Numbered from the stretch's first letter, positions 47,688 through 57,489 are shown. The stretch: DNA of 64,000 nucleotides from Candidatus Uhrbacteria bacterium (GCA_037131775.1 JBAXQK010000002.1:23472-87471), one strand, 5' to 3'. The notes: generated by a model not told the origin, from the letters alone. Made by a program: numbers and translations.

Positions 47688-48731
47688 CTAAACCTTTTCG
47701 ATTATCGAAACAATCCCCCGAGCACACCGCTCCCAGGTAAACTCCCCTGCCCGCGCCTTTGCCGCGGCAATCATCTCCCCGAGCGCCTCCGGCATCATCA
47801 CGCACTGGGCGATCGCAAACGCCATCTGCTCGGCATCGTCGGGATCGACGTACATCACCGCGTCGCCCCCAACCTCCGGCAATGCGCCGCGGTTCGACGT
47901 GACGACCGGAACCCCGGCCGACATCGCCTCTAGGACCGGCAGGCCGAACCCTTCCTCCCACGACGGAAAGAAAAAGCACGACGCCTGCGCGTACAGGTTC
48001 GCCTTCTCGTCCTCGGTCACGTATCCGACCTGCCGCACGACATTTCCTCCCGCGACCGACCGCCACGCATCGTTCGTCTGCGCGATCGCCTCGAGGATTG
48101 GCTCGGCGTTCCAACCGATGCCGCCGGCGATTACGAATCGCGTCGTCGCGGCGCGATCCTTGTGCATGCGCAGGAACGCGTCGAACGCGGCGAGCGCGTT
48201 GACGAGGTTCTTGCGCGGCTCGAGGGTGCCGACGAAGAGGATCGTGTCGGAGGTGAGTAGTGAGTGATTGGTAGTTTGTAGTTTGGAGACACCCGGATAT
48301 ACCACGACCACCTTGTCGACGACATCCGGAAACACTCGTCCAATCTGTCGCTTCGTCGCCTCGGAGATCGCGATGACCGCGTCCGCCCGTCGCAGCGACC
48401 TAGGGACGAGGAACTTCGCGGCGAAGTCGAGCTTCGTCGCCGGGAACCATTCGGGGTGCTCGTAGATGGTCAGGTCGTGAACCGTCACGACGGTCTTTCC
48501 CGTCCAGCACAGTGGCGACTGATTGGCCGGGCAGAACAGGACGTCCGTCATCTTCATCGTCGCGACGAGCGCCAGGTTCACGTGGCGCGTCAGAAACGGG
48601 ACGCGGCGCTTTGGGTTCCAAACGAAGAGATCCGTTCCAAGAACGGATCGCATGGCCGTGACGACGGAGCGCGTGTACGTGCCGATTCCCGCGCCGTCCC
48701 GCATCGTGGTGCCGTCGACCGCGATCCTCAT
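47688..48731 (-). CDS. glycosyltransferase family 4 (GT-B)
   Basis: GIGTY, TVHDL, LFVGTLEPRKN, FPSWEEGFGLPVLEAM..GVPVV. Confidence 0.93.
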   Translation of the reverse strand: MRIAVDGTTMRDGAGIGTYTRSVVTAMRSVLGTDLFVWNPKRRVPFLTRHVNLALVATMKMTDVLFCPANQSPLCWTGKTVVTVHDLTIYEHPEWFPATKLDFAAKFLVPRSLRRADAVIAISEATKRQIGRVFPDVVDKVVVVYPGVSKLQTTNHSLLTSDTILFVGTLEPRKNLVNALAAFDAFLRMHKDRAATTRFVIAGGIGWNAEPILEAIAQTNDAWRSVAGGNVVRQVGYVTEDEKANLYAQASCFFFPSWEEGFGLPVLEAMSAGVPVVTSNRGALPEVGGDAVMYVDPDDAEQMAFAIAQCVMMPEALGEMIAAAKARAGEFTWERCARGIVSIIEKV

Positions 48732-49192
48732 AGCGCGATCGCCTTGATCGTCCCGGTCGTCACGAGAACGACGAGCACGCTCGCGACCACGTGGCCGATG
48801 ATAATCGCCGGGATCGCATAACGAGCCTTGATGTCGAAAAGGACCGCGAGCGCCGTCCCCGTCCAGATGCCGGCTCCCGGAAGCGGAAGCGCGCCGAGGA
48901 TCGCGAGGGCGAACGCGCCGAACCGCTGGTACGTGGCCATGTGCTTCTGCTCCAGCGCGCGCAGCTTCTTGTTCAGGAACGCATGAAGGCGAGGCATGTG
49001 CTTTTCCGCCCAGGCGAGGAGCGCCGGCATCCCCCACCAAAGAAACGGGATCGGAACGAGGTTCCCGAACAACGCGAGCGACCACGCCTTGAACGCCGAA
49101 AAATGAAACAGGGTGATCGCGATCGGGATGGAAGCGCGCAGTTCCGTCACGGGGAGCGCGGAAAGAATCAGAATGACAATTTCTTGTTTCAT
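48728..49192 (-). CDS. small multidrug export-type membrane protein (COG2426-like)
   Basis: LPVTELRASIP, GNLVPIP, ALPLPGAGIWTG. Confidence 0.85.
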   Translation of the reverse strand: MKQEIVILILSALPVTELRASIPIAITLFHFSAFKAWSLALFGNLVPIPFLWWGMPALLAWAEKHMPRLHAFLNKKLRALEQKHMATYQRFGAFALAILGALPLPGAGIWTGTALAVLFDIKARYAIPAIIIGHVVASVLVVLVTTGTIKAIAL

Positions 49193-50181
49193 AGGGTTGA
49201 GGTCTTTTCGTCCGGCCATTCGAAAACCTTGTAGGTCCAGGCAGACAGCGCCTTTACGTCCTGAAATCGCCCCGTGATCGTCTCAGAGCCAAGGACGACG
49301 ACGACAATCTCATGCGCGTCCTTTTCCGAAACGAGCGACCCGAGGCAGTACCCCGCTTCTGGCAAGAATCCCGTCTTGCCTCCAACGACCTTGTACGGCG
49401 CCTGGTTCAGGAAGCTGTTCAGCAGCTCGTCGGTCGTGTCGATCGAATACACTCTGCCGGATGATCCGACGAACGTCGTCACGGGTTGCTCGGTTGCCTC
49501 GCGGATAACGCCTACCTTCATGGCCGCGTCAAGGAGTCGCACGAGATCGGACGGGATCGAACGGTTGTCCGCGGAAAGACCCGTGGGATCCAGGAACGTC
49601 GTTGCTCGCATGCCAAGCTCGGCAGCGGTTTCATTCATCTTAGCCACAAAATTACCCTCGGACAGCCCCGACAGCCGCACGAGCGCCGCCGTCGCGGAGT
49701 TATCGGATCCGACGAGGCTCGCGTGAAGCAGGTTGTCGACCGTAACGGTGTCGCCGACGGAAACGTGCTGAACCCCGCCCGAGCGCACGTCGGATGCCTG
49801 AAGGGCAGTCGGCGAGGTGAGGTCCGGGTTTCCCTTGAGAAAGACGAACGCCGTCATCAGCTTGGTGATGCTTCCAATGGAGCGAGGTTCCTCGCCGTTC
49901 TTCTCGTACAGGACGGACCCGGTCGCACGGTCGACCACGATGGCGCTTACCGCGGACGTGACGACGCCGACGCTGTTCGGATCGATTTTTTTCGGGGCTC
50001 GGGATGCGTCGGGAGCCGCGGGAAGACCGGCGCGCAAAAGTGCCATCGCCTCGAACGCACCTGGCTGGCGAAGCTCGGACGACGGCAGCGTGGCGTAGCG
50101 CTCAACCATGCCCGCGTCGTATGGGTAAACCTGAAGCAAGGTCGTCGCGAGCAGCAGTTGTGCCATCAGTCGAAGGATCAC
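49189..50181 (-). CDS. D-alanyl-D-alanine carboxypeptidase/endopeptidase (peptidase S11)
   Basis: SxxK (GSITKLMT), SxN (SDN), KTG (GGKTGFLPEAGYC). Confidence 0.9.
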   Translation of the reverse strand: MILRLMAQLLLATTLLQVYPYDAGMVERYATLPSSELRQPGAFEAMALLRAGLPAAPDASRAPKKIDPNSVGVVTSAVSAIVVDRATGSVLYEKNGEEPRSIGSITKLMTAFVFLKGNPDLTSPTALQASDVRSGGVQHVSVGDTVTVDNLLHASLVGSDNSATAALVRLSGLSEGNFVAKMNETAAELGMRATTFLDPTGLSADNRSIPSDLVRLLDAAMKVGVIREATEQPVTTFVGSSGRVYSIDTTDELLNSFLNQAPYKVVGGKTGFLPEAGYCLGSLVSEKDAHEIVVVVLGSETITGRFQDVKALSAWTYKVFEWPDEKTSTL

Positions 50182-50750
50182 AGGGCGGAGTCATTGAGCG
50201 AGGAGGTCATCGAGTCGCTGAGCGAGTCGACGAGCTCCGTCATCTTCTTGTCGTCGTGCAGGTCGAGATAGTCGGGAAGGTCCGCGATCGAGTGGATCCC
50301 AAGGTGCCGCACGAAGTCCGCGGACACGGTAAACACCGGCTGCAGACGCTCGATGTCGTCGACCTCGTCCACGAGTCCTCGCATAGAGAGGTTACGCAGG
50401 ATGAGCGAGCAGTTCACGCCGCGAATCTGCTCGATCTCCGGCTTCGTGATCGGCCCGCGGTATGCGATGATGGTCAGCGTCTCAAGCGACGGCCGCGACA
50501 GTTCCCCGCTCACCTCCTCCTTCAAAAGCGCCGCGACGACCGCGGACTCGGACGGGTTCGTAACGAACTGCAGCTTCCCCCCGTGCTCGACCACGTGGAT
50601 GCCGGACGCGTCGACGTTGAATCGCACCTTCACGTCCGCGATCGCCTCGAGAAGCACCTCGTCGGAAACGTTCAGCGACTTTTTCAAAACCGAAATCGCG
50701 ACCGGCTTTGCCGACGCGAATAGGATCGATTCGAGGGAGGTCGTGAGCAT
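50178..50750 (-). CDS. scpB: SMC-Scp complex subunit ScpB
   Basis: LESILF, LSRPSLETLTIIAYRGPITKPEIEQIRGVN. Confidence 0.95.
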   Translation of the reverse strand: MLTTSLESILFASAKPVAISVLKKSLNVSDEVLLEAIADVKVRFNVDASGIHVVEHGGKLQFVTNPSESAVVAALLKEEVSGELSRPSLETLTIIAYRGPITKPEIEQIRGVNCSLILRNLSMRGLVDEVDDIERLQPVFTVSADFVRHLGIHSIADLPDYLDLHDDKKMTELVDSLSDSMTSSLNDSAL

Positions 50751-50757
50751 AGGGGAA

Positions 50758-50827
50758 AGTGGTGGAGTGACGGAGTGATGGAGTACCTAACCACTCCACG
50801 ACTTCATCACTTCATCACTCAATCACT
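50758..50827. repeat. inverted array of degenerate 8-mers (same family as 11213-11287)
   Basis: agtggtggagtgacggagtgatggagt ... ccactccacgacttcatcacttcatcactcaatcact. Confidence 0.85.
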
Positions 50828-51514
50828 CTTCGTAATCAGTATATCGTGAAACGACCCTCCTTGGACAGCCTTCACCACGCGCTGCTTCATGAGCTCGAGG
50901 AGCGCGAGGAAACTGACGACGACCTCGACCTTCGACGCGCCGCTCGCGACCATCTCGTGGAACAGGACCTTCGATCGGTCGACCATCGCGGCCTGGAGCT
51001 GCTTCATGCGCTCCTGGATGGACACGACGCGCTCGATCGACGACTGTCGCAGCGCGAAGAACGGCTCGAGGCGCTTCTGCACGGCCTGGAACAGCTCGCG
51101 GAGAATCGGCGGCGTCACGTTCTTCGGCGGAAGGAACTGACGCACCTTCGCGATCGACGCCTTCTCCCGCGCGAACATGTCCTTCCCCGCCCCGAACATC
51201 TCCTCGATCATCGCCGACGCGTGCACGAAACGCTTGTACATCCGCAGCTGATCGGCAAGCTTCGCCCCGTCCTCCTCCGCGTCGAGGTTCAGCTGCGGAA
51301 GGATGGCGTGCGACTTGATGAGCAGCAACTTCGTCGCGACGACGAGGAAATCCGCCAGCTCTTCAGCGGGAACCTCGTGCTCGTTCACGTGCCTCAGATA
51401 GTCCTCGGTGACCTTCGCAAGAGAAACCTCCGTAATCGGAAGTTTCTCTTGCTCGATCAGGTCGAGAAGAAGTTGGAGAGGGCCGGAGTATTGGTCGAGG
51501 GTGACTTGGAACAT
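50819..51514 (-). CDS. scpA: segregation and condensation protein ScpA
   Basis: YSGPLQLLLDLI, FLVVATKLLLIKS..LP, VVSFLALLELMK. Confidence 0.94.
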   Translation of the reverse strand: MFQVTLDQYSGPLQLLLDLIEQEKLPITEVSLAKVTEDYLRHVNEHEVPAEELADFLVVATKLLLIKSHAILPQLNLDAEEDGAKLADQLRMYKRFVHASAMIEEMFGAGKDMFAREKASIAKVRQFLPPKNVTPPILRELFQAVQKRLEPFFALRQSSIERVVSIQERMKQLQAAMVDRSKVLFHEMVASGASKVEVVVSFLALLELMKQRVVKAVQGGSFHDILITKSD

Positions 51515-51607
51515 AGGGCGCATGGGGCTCATTAGGCACATTTGGCGCATGGGGAATGACGCGGTGGCCAATGAGCCTTATGCGCCCCATGAGCCCCGTG
51601 CGCCCAT
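51512..51607. repeat. inverted array of degenerate 9-mers (CATGGGGCT)n / (GCCCCATGA)n
   Basis: catagggcg catggggct cattaggca catttggcg catgggg ... caatgagcc ttatgcgcc ccatgagcc ccgtgcgcc cat. Confidence 0.8.
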
Positions 51608-51610
51608 CCT

Positions 51611-53005
51611 CTACGTTACCCGAATATGCGCGTCGTTCAGGGCCTTCTCCGGCAACGCACTCGGCGCGTCCATGACGGACGTGTGGGCGGAGCCGGTCAT
51701 TGGGAACGCCTGGACTTCGCGCAGGAACGTCTCGCCCGTAAGGATCATGATCATGCGCTCGACGCCGAGGCCGATCCCTCCGTGCGGCGGCGCGCCGTAC
51801 TTGAACGCCTCCAGCATGTGGCCGACCGATTCTGCGATCTCCTCGTCGGAATATCCCATCGTCTTGTATGTCGCCCGAAGCGTCTTCGGATCGTGCGCGC
51901 GAATGCTTCCGCCGCCCGTCTCGTAGCCGTTGCACACGAGGTCGTACTGGGTCGTCAGGATGTTCTCGATGTTCGTGCCGGCAAGATGGTCTTCCAAAAA
52001 CTCCGGCTTCGGCTGCGAGAACGGGTTGTGCGTGAACGTCCAGCCACCTTCCTCTGTCTTCTCAAAGAACGGAAAGTCCACGACCCACGCGTAGGCGAGC
52101 ACGTTGTTCTTCTTGTCCTCCTCCGTGCGCATGTCGAACTTGTCGGCGCCGTACCGCTCCATCGATTCCTTGTACGTGAGCCGCGGGAACGGCTTCTCCT
52201 TGATCGTGAACCCGAGCGACTCCACGGCCTTCGTGATCATCGCCTCGATCGCCTGCATCACGTCCTCGCGCTCGACGAAGCTCATCTCGATATCGATCTG
52301 CGTGTGCTCGAACCCGCGGTCCGCGCGAGGATCCTCGTCGCGGAAGCAGCGCGCCGTCTGGAAGTACCGCTCGAACCCGGCGACCATCGCCAACTGCTTG
52401 TACTGCTGCGGGCTCTGCGGAAGCGCGAAGAACTTTCCCGGCTGCAGGCGCGACGGAACAATGAAGTCGCGCGACCCTTCCGGCGTCGCCTTCGTCAGGT
52501 ACGGCGTCTCGATCTCGACGAACCGATCCTTCAGCAGATGCTGGCGGCACGCCTGAACGTAAAGATTACGAAGACGAAGATGGTGCTGAAGACGCTCCGA
52601 CCGCAAGTCGAGATACCGGTACTTCAACCGCAGTTCCTCATTCACTCCCATCGTATCCTTGTCCACCTCGAACGGGGGAGTCTCGGAGGCGTTTAGTATC
52701 TTCAACGACTTCACCCCAAGTTCGACGGTCCCTGTGGGTAAGTCGGCTTTGATCTGCTTTTCACCCCTTTTATTCACGATTCCTTCGATTTCGACGACAT
52801 ATTCCGACGACAATTCATCGACGGCCTTGTTCGTCGCCTCGTCCAAATCCGGCTTGTAGCACACGACCTGAACGATCCCCGTCCCGTCGCGAAGGTCGAT
52901 GAAGGCAAGTTTGTCGCCCATGCGCCGAATGTTCTGCACCCATCCGTTCACCTTGATTGTCTCGCCGACGTGCGTCGGCGTCTCGATGTTCCAAGTTCGT
53001 TGCAT
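51611..53005 (-). CDS. aspS: aspartyl-tRNA synthetase (short bacterial type lacking the GAD insert)
   Basis: FIDLRD, RLKYRYLDLR, TPEGSRDF, LPQSPQQYKQ, ARCFRDED, YGAPPHGGIGLG; 464 aa. Confidence 0.93.
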   Translation of the reverse strand: MQRTWNIETPTHVGETIKVNGWVQNIRRMGDKLAFIDLRDGTGIVQVVCYKPDLDEATNKAVDELSSEYVVEIEGIVNKRGEKQIKADLPTGTVELGVKSLKILNASETPPFEVDKDTMGVNEELRLKYRYLDLRSERLQHHLRLRNLYVQACRQHLLKDRFVEIETPYLTKATPEGSRDFIVPSRLQPGKFFALPQSPQQYKQLAMVAGFERYFQTARCFRDEDPRADRGFEHTQIDIEMSFVEREDVMQAIEAMITKAVESLGFTIKEKPFPRLTYKESMERYGADKFDMRTEEDKKNNVLAYAWVVDFPFFEKTEEGGWTFTHNPFSQPKPEFLEDHLAGTNIENILTTQYDLVCNGYETGGGSIRAHDPKTLRATYKTMGYSDEEIAESVGHMLEAFKYGAPPHGGIGLGVERMIMILTGETFLREVQAFPMTGSAHTSVMDAPSALPEKALNDAHIRVT

Positions 53006-53020
53006 AGAATTTTTCTTTAC

Positions 53021-53068
53021 ACGTTTCCCCTCCTCATAGGGAGGAGGGGTCAGGGGTGGTCGTCGCGC
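53021..53068 (+). repeat. 48-nt REP-like element, copy 3
   Basis: acgtttcccctcctcatagggaggaggggtcaggggtggtcgtcgcgc. Confidence 0.9.
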
Positions 53069-53075
53069 TTCGGGT

Positions 53076-54107
53076 CTATCGTACGACCCCGAGATACTCG
53101 ACGGTCGCGTCCGTTTCATGAGTGAGCTGCGTTTCCGTCTTGGTCGCCAGGTCGTACAGGAACAGATTCCCGTCGCGATCGACGACCAACGTATCTCCGA
53201 ACCAGTCCTTGACGACGCCGTTCACGGTCGCGACGGGCGGGCCCTTGATGCTTGTAATCGTCGAAACGGGAGATCCGTACAGATGGACCGCATATTCCAT
53301 TCCGTCTTCGGACACCATCGGATTTTCTACCACGGCGTTCGTCGACGCGACGACGGCTCCGGCGAGAAGACGCGCCTTGTTGGTATCGAGATCGACGAGA
53401 TACGCGGACGACGGCCCGGTCGGATCCGCCCCAAGGTTTTCCGGTGGTGTAAACGTCACGCCAACAAGCGTCTTTTGTTGGGTGTTGATCTCATACTGAT
53501 ACAGGTTGCGCTTGCGAACGTCCGTGATTTCCGTAATTACCCCCGACGGCACGTCGAGCCTCCACAGGCCCGCGACGAACGATTCGGTCTCGACGCGACG
53601 ACCGAGATAGATCGCGCTCTTGTCTTCGGCCGCCGCCACGGGAACGAGATATCCCTCGGCCCCCGACGGAAAGATGCCGAGTGCGACAGGATCAATCGTC
53701 TTCTTCAACAACTGCGGCCCGCCGTCCCCGTCAAACACGGTCAGTTTCAAAATGCCAAGATCGTTCGCTTCGCAGTCGAGAGCGAGCGACGAGACGACGT
53801 ACGCCGGGTTGCATAGGTTCGACGCCTGATTGAACCGAACGATTCCCGGACCTTCGAACCCTTCAACTGGCCCAGTCGTTTTCTTCGACGAAAGCGAGTA
53901 GGCATACCCCTTCGCGTCCTCATTGCCAGACGCCGCGACGGACCACATGACGACCGGACGATCGTTCGCGACCGACGGGCCCTGCGATTTTACCGTAGTA
54001 TCCGTCGCAACGACGACCTTCTTCCCCGCGTTTATCCGCCAAAATAACGCCCCGGCAAACGCAAGGACAATGGCGGCAACGACGATGGCGGGAAGGATTT
54101 TTTTCAC
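53076..54107 (-). CDS. secreted/membrane-anchored beta-rich protein (possibly propeller-like)
   Basis: MKKILPAIVVAAIVLAFAG signal/TM; repeated LYDL/WRLD/YLVDL..T motifs. Confidence 0.7.
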   Translation of the reverse strand: MKKILPAIVVAAIVLAFAGALFWRINAGKKVVVATDTTVKSQGPSVANDRPVVMWSVAASGNEDAKGYAYSLSSKKTTGPVEGFEGPGIVRFNQASNLCNPAYVVSSLALDCEANDLGILKLTVFDGDGGPQLLKKTIDPVALGIFPSGAEGYLVPVAAAEDKSAIYLGRRVETESFVAGLWRLDVPSGVITEITDVRKRNLYQYEINTQQKTLVGVTFTPPENLGADPTGPSSAYLVDLDTNKARLLAGAVVASTNAVVENPMVSEDGMEYAVHLYGSPVSTITSIKGPPVATVNGVVKDWFGDTLVVDRDGNLFLYDLATKTETQLTHETDATVEYLGVVR

Positions 54108-54109
54108 AA

Positions 54110-55408
54110 TTACGGCGTAATCCGGTTAATCAATCTCGGAAACGGAATCGTCTCCCGAATATGCTGCAAGCCGCAGACCCACGCGACGATACGCTCCAAC
54201 CCGTAGCCGAACCCGGAATGCGGGACGGATCCAAACCGTCGCAGATCGAGATACCACTGGTACGGCTCGGTCGGGACGTTGTGGTCCTTCATGCGCTGGA
54301 GGAGCTGATCGTAATCGTCCTCGCGCTGGGAGCCGCCGATGATCTCGCCGTATCCTTCCGGGGCAAGCATGTCGGCGTTGAGGACGCGGGTAGGATCCAT
54401 CGGGTCGCGCTTCATATAGAACGCCTTCACGACGGCCGGGTATTTCTCGACGAAGATCGGACGGTCGTACAGTTTCGTCAGCACCGTCTCGTCGTCTCCG
54501 CCAAGGTCGTCCATGTCGCCGATGTCGCTCCCAAGCTCGCGGAGCTTCGCGACCGCCTCGGCGTGTGTCATGCGGACGAACGGGGCCTGGACCTTTTCGA
54601 GGGCCGGGACGTCGCGCTCGAGGATGGCGAGCTCGGCGCGGTTCTTTTCGAGAACGTCCTTCACGATGCGGCAGACGAGCCCTTCCTGCACGGCGAGGTT
54701 TCCCTCGTGATCGACGAAAGCGGCCTCGGCGTCCATCATCCAGAACTCGGTGAGGTGGCGGCGGGTCTTGCTCTTCTCGGCGCGGAACACCGGGCCGAAG
54801 TCGAACGCGCGGCCGAGGCTCATGATGCCGGCCTCTAGGTACAGCTGGCCCGACTGCGACAGGTACGCGTTGCCCATGTCGAAGTACTCGATCGAGAACA
54901 GCTCGGTCGTTCCCTCGCACGCGGTCGGCGTGAGGATCGGCGTGTCAAATTTCACGTAGCCGTTCTCGTTGAAGTACGCGAACGTCGCGTTGATAATCGT
55001 GTTGCGCACGCGCTGGATCGCCCACTGCGATTCGGAGCGGAGCCAGAGGCTGCGTTGGTCGAGGAGGAAGTCCGGGCCGTGTTCCTTCTTGCCGATCGGA
55101 AAGTCCTCCGTCGGGATCTGGATCGCGGCGAACGAGACTCCGGTCAGCTCGAACCCGGACGCCGATCGTGCCTCGGCTTTCACCGTTCCGCGAACGATCA
55201 CCGACGATTCGATGCGAACCGTGTCGAGTACGTTCCACTGGTCCTCCGGCAACTCGGCCTTCGAATAGACGACCTGGACGCGCCCGGTTCCATCGCGCAG
55301 CTGCAAAAAGAAAATTTTCCCGCTCGACCGGAAATTATACGCCCATCCCTTCAACTCAACTTCTTGGCCAACGTAAGCGCCGATTTGGGATATGGTTGTG
55401 GTGATCAT
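54110..55408 (-). CDS. asnS: asparaginyl-tRNA synthetase
   Basis: FLQLRDG, ACEGTTELF, YLSQSGQLYLE, FRAEKSKTRRHLTEFWM, EIIGGSQRE, VPHSGFGYGLER. Confidence 0.96.
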   Translation of the reverse strand: MITTTISQIGAYVGQEVELKGWAYNFRSSGKIFFLQLRDGTGRVQVVYSKAELPEDQWNVLDTVRIESSVIVRGTVKAEARSASGFELTGVSFAAIQIPTEDFPIGKKEHGPDFLLDQRSLWLRSESQWAIQRVRNTIINATFAYFNENGYVKFDTPILTPTACEGTTELFSIEYFDMGNAYLSQSGQLYLEAGIMSLGRAFDFGPVFRAEKSKTRRHLTEFWMMDAEAAFVDHEGNLAVQEGLVCRIVKDVLEKNRAELAILERDVPALEKVQAPFVRMTHAEAVAKLRELGSDIGDMDDLGGDDETVLTKLYDRPIFVEKYPAVVKAFYMKRDPMDPTRVLNADMLAPEGYGEIIGGSQREDDYDQLLQRMKDHNVPTEPYQWYLDLRRFGSVPHSGFGYGLERIVAWVCGLQHIRETIPFPRLINRITP

Positions 55409-55460
55409 AACGGAGAGATTGTACCAAAAAACGACCGTATGACGCAACGGTCGTCGTCTG

Positions 55461-56234
55461 TCAAAGGGAACAAGCGGCCCGAAGCGAGTTTGCGGGAATC
55501 ACGGGGAAATGCGAGATCATAAGGCCCTCGACCGCCTCGTGAAACTCGTTGAGCGCGACGACGGGGAGCAGTGGTCGAAGATGCGACTCGAACGGTTCGG
55601 AGAGGCCGAAGCGAAGGAGCTTGAGGGTGTCGTCGGAGATGGCGCGGGCGGCGAACCACTGGCGGTTGTCGCGCGTGACGCACGGGCTGCACACGACGCC
55701 GCCCTTGAGCGCGTGCCATCGATACTGTCCCGCGACGATTGTCGTCTTGCAATCGAGGCAGCGCGACACCTCGGGACGATACCCGATCGCCGCGAGCAGT
55801 TTGAGTGCGAACCCGGCCAGGAGAAATCCGGCGCGGTCGGAGCTGACGGACGGCGCCGCGTCGATGGCGGCGAGCCAGGCAAGGACGATCGCGTATAGCG
55901 TCGGGTCGGCCTCCTCCTGGCGCGTGGCGATGTCGACGAGGTACAGAGCGTTGCGGACGAGGAGAAGGCGCGAGACGTCGGCGTATAGTCCCGGGAACGC
56001 GACGCGCCTGTCCGTCCCCGCGACGGTATTGAACTGACGTCCGTTCACGACGTGAAAGTCGATCACCGCCGGCATCTCGAGGTGCGGGGTAAGCTTCGCG
56101 AGCATCTTGTGTCCTCCGCGGGCGAGGAGTTCAATCTTCCCATGCTCACGCGTCAAAACAGAATACCACCGATCCGCTTCCCCGCGGTCGCGACGGGACA
56201 AAACGATTCCGGTGGTATTATACAACGTCGCCAT
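55461..56234 (-). CDS. recO: DNA repair protein RecO
   Basis: GIVLSRRDRGEADR...LTREHGKI..ARG OB-fold; GYRPEVSRCLDC...GGVVCSPC Zn finger. Confidence 0.92.
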   Translation of the reverse strand: MATLYNTTGIVLSRRDRGEADRWYSVLTREHGKIELLARGGHKMLAKLTPHLEMPAVIDFHVVNGRQFNTVAGTDRRVAFPGLYADVSRLLLVRNALYLVDIATRQEEADPTLYAIVLAWLAAIDAAPSVSSDRAGFLLAGFALKLLAAIGYRPEVSRCLDCKTTIVAGQYRWHALKGGVVCSPCVTRDNRQWFAARAISDDTLKLLRFGLSEPFESHLRPLLPVVALNEFHEAVEGLMISHFPVIPANSLRAACSL

Positions 56235-56246
56235 TTTCTTTTTTCT

Positions 56247-56292
56247 CGTTCCCCCTCCTCATAGGGAGGAGGGGTCAGGGGTGGTCGTCGCG
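56247..56292 (+). repeat. REP-like element, copy 4
   Basis: cgttccccctcctcatagggaggaggggtcaggggtggtcgtcgcg. Confidence 0.9.
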
Positions 56293-56299
56293 ACGGTCT

Positions 56300-56716
56300 T
56301 TACTCCATCCCGCTCGTCGTCGGATCAATCCGATCCATGTACGACTGCAAAATCAACATCGCGGCAAGCGCGTCCTCCTCGGCCTGCGCCCCTTCCTCGC
56401 GCTGCAACCGAATGCTCTCGCCCGTCGTATACGACTCATCCTCCTCGAGGACGGGAATCGGCGTCGCAGCCTCGAGCGATTTGATGAAGGCGCGAGCCTT
56501 GTCGAGCTGCTTGGAGCTATGATGAACGCCCGTCGAAAGCGGGACACCGACGATGATCGCGTCGATGTCCTCGGACTTCGCCCGCTTCGCGAACACGCGG
56601 ATCGTCTCGTCCCCGACGTTCGGAACGACGTCGAGCGGGACGGCAATGTTCGCCTCGGTGTCACCGAACGCAAGGCCGATCTTTTTGTCGCCGTAGTCAA
56701 TGCCTAAAAGTCTCAT
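56300..56716 (-). CDS. ruvX: RuvX/YqgF pre-16S rRNA nuclease
   Basis: MRLLGIDYGDKKIGLA, IIVGVP, DESYTT, DALAAMLILQSY. Confidence 0.93.
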   Translation of the reverse strand: MRLLGIDYGDKKIGLAFGDTEANIAVPLDVVPNVGDETIRVFAKRAKSEDIDAIIVGVPLSTGVHHSSKQLDKARAFIKSLEAATPIPVLEEDESYTTGESIRLQREEGAQAEEDALAAMLILQSYMDRIDPTTSGME

Positions 56717-57489
56717 ACCGGCAAGGGCGTTAAAATCTCGATCCCCTCCTTCGTCACCGCGATCGTCACCTCGAAGTGCGCGCTGATCTTTCGGTCCTTC
56801 ATTACCACGGTCCACCCGTCCTCCGCGGTTTCCACCTCCCACGTTCCGATTCCAAGCATCGGCTCGATGGCGAGGCACATGCCTTCCACGACCGAAACCT
56901 TCGGATAGCGCTTGTCGACGTAATTCGGAACGTGCGGCCCCTCGTGCACCTTGTGGCCGACGCCGTGGCCGACGAGCGCCTGGACGATGCCGTAGCCGTG
57001 CGGTTCGACGATGGCGACGACTGCGTGCGACACGTCGCTGATCAACCCGCCGACGTGGACGGCATTCGCCCCGGCCAGGCACGCCTCGCGCGTCACGGCC
57101 ATCAGCTTGGTCGCCTCTTCTGAGACGGTTCCAACGGGGACGGTTACCGCCATGTCCGTGCACAACCCATGCAGCCACAGCCCGATGTCTAGCCCCACGA
57201 TGTCCCCTTCCTTCAGCGCGATCGGCCGATCCCCGCGCCCATGCACGACCTCCTCGTTCACGGAGATGCACATCGTCGTCGGAAACGGCTCGTCATCCGG
57301 ATGCGAGCGATACCCCATAAACGAAGGCTCGCCCCCGCCAGCACGAATCACGTCCGTCGCGATGACGTCGAGCTCGGGCAGAGTGATCCCGGGACGAACC
57401 GCGTCGACAGCCGCCTTGAGCGCGCGCGACAAGAGTTGTCCTCCTTCGCGCATCGCGTCGATTTCTTTTTGGGTTTTGGTCAGAGCCAC
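56713..57489 (-). CDS. map: methionine aminopeptidase type I
   Basis: CISVNEEVVHG, GDIVGLDIG, GHGVG..VHEGP, AIEPM, SAHFE. Confidence 0.96.
   Translation of the reverse strand: MALTKTQKEIDAMREGGQLLSRALKAAVDAVRPGITLPELDVIATDVIRAGGGEPSFMGYRSHPDDEPFPTTMCISVNEEVVHGRGDRPIALKEGDIVGLDIGLWLHGLCTDMAVTVPVGTVSEEATKLMAVTREACLAGANAVHVGGLISDVSHAVVAIVEPHGYGIVQALVGHGVGHKVHEGPHVPNYVDKRYPKVSVVEGMCLAIEPMLGIGTWEVETAEDGWTVVMKDRKISAHFEVTIAVTKEGIEILTPLPV

Noticed and set aside
46130-47690. Prophage or integrative element at the tRNA cluster or other tRNAs
   Set aside because: No integrase, phage genes or duplicated tRNA 3' ends seen
47079-47933. Short ORFs across the structured elements
   Set aside because: They arise from the repeats, lack an RBS, and the two copies conserve pairing rather than a reading frame
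56717-57271. 323-aa version of RuvX; similar 5' extensions of ftsA, aspS, GT4, rplO and nrdR
   Set aside because: The extensions overlap upstream genes or repeats, and the family motifs begin at downstream ATGs
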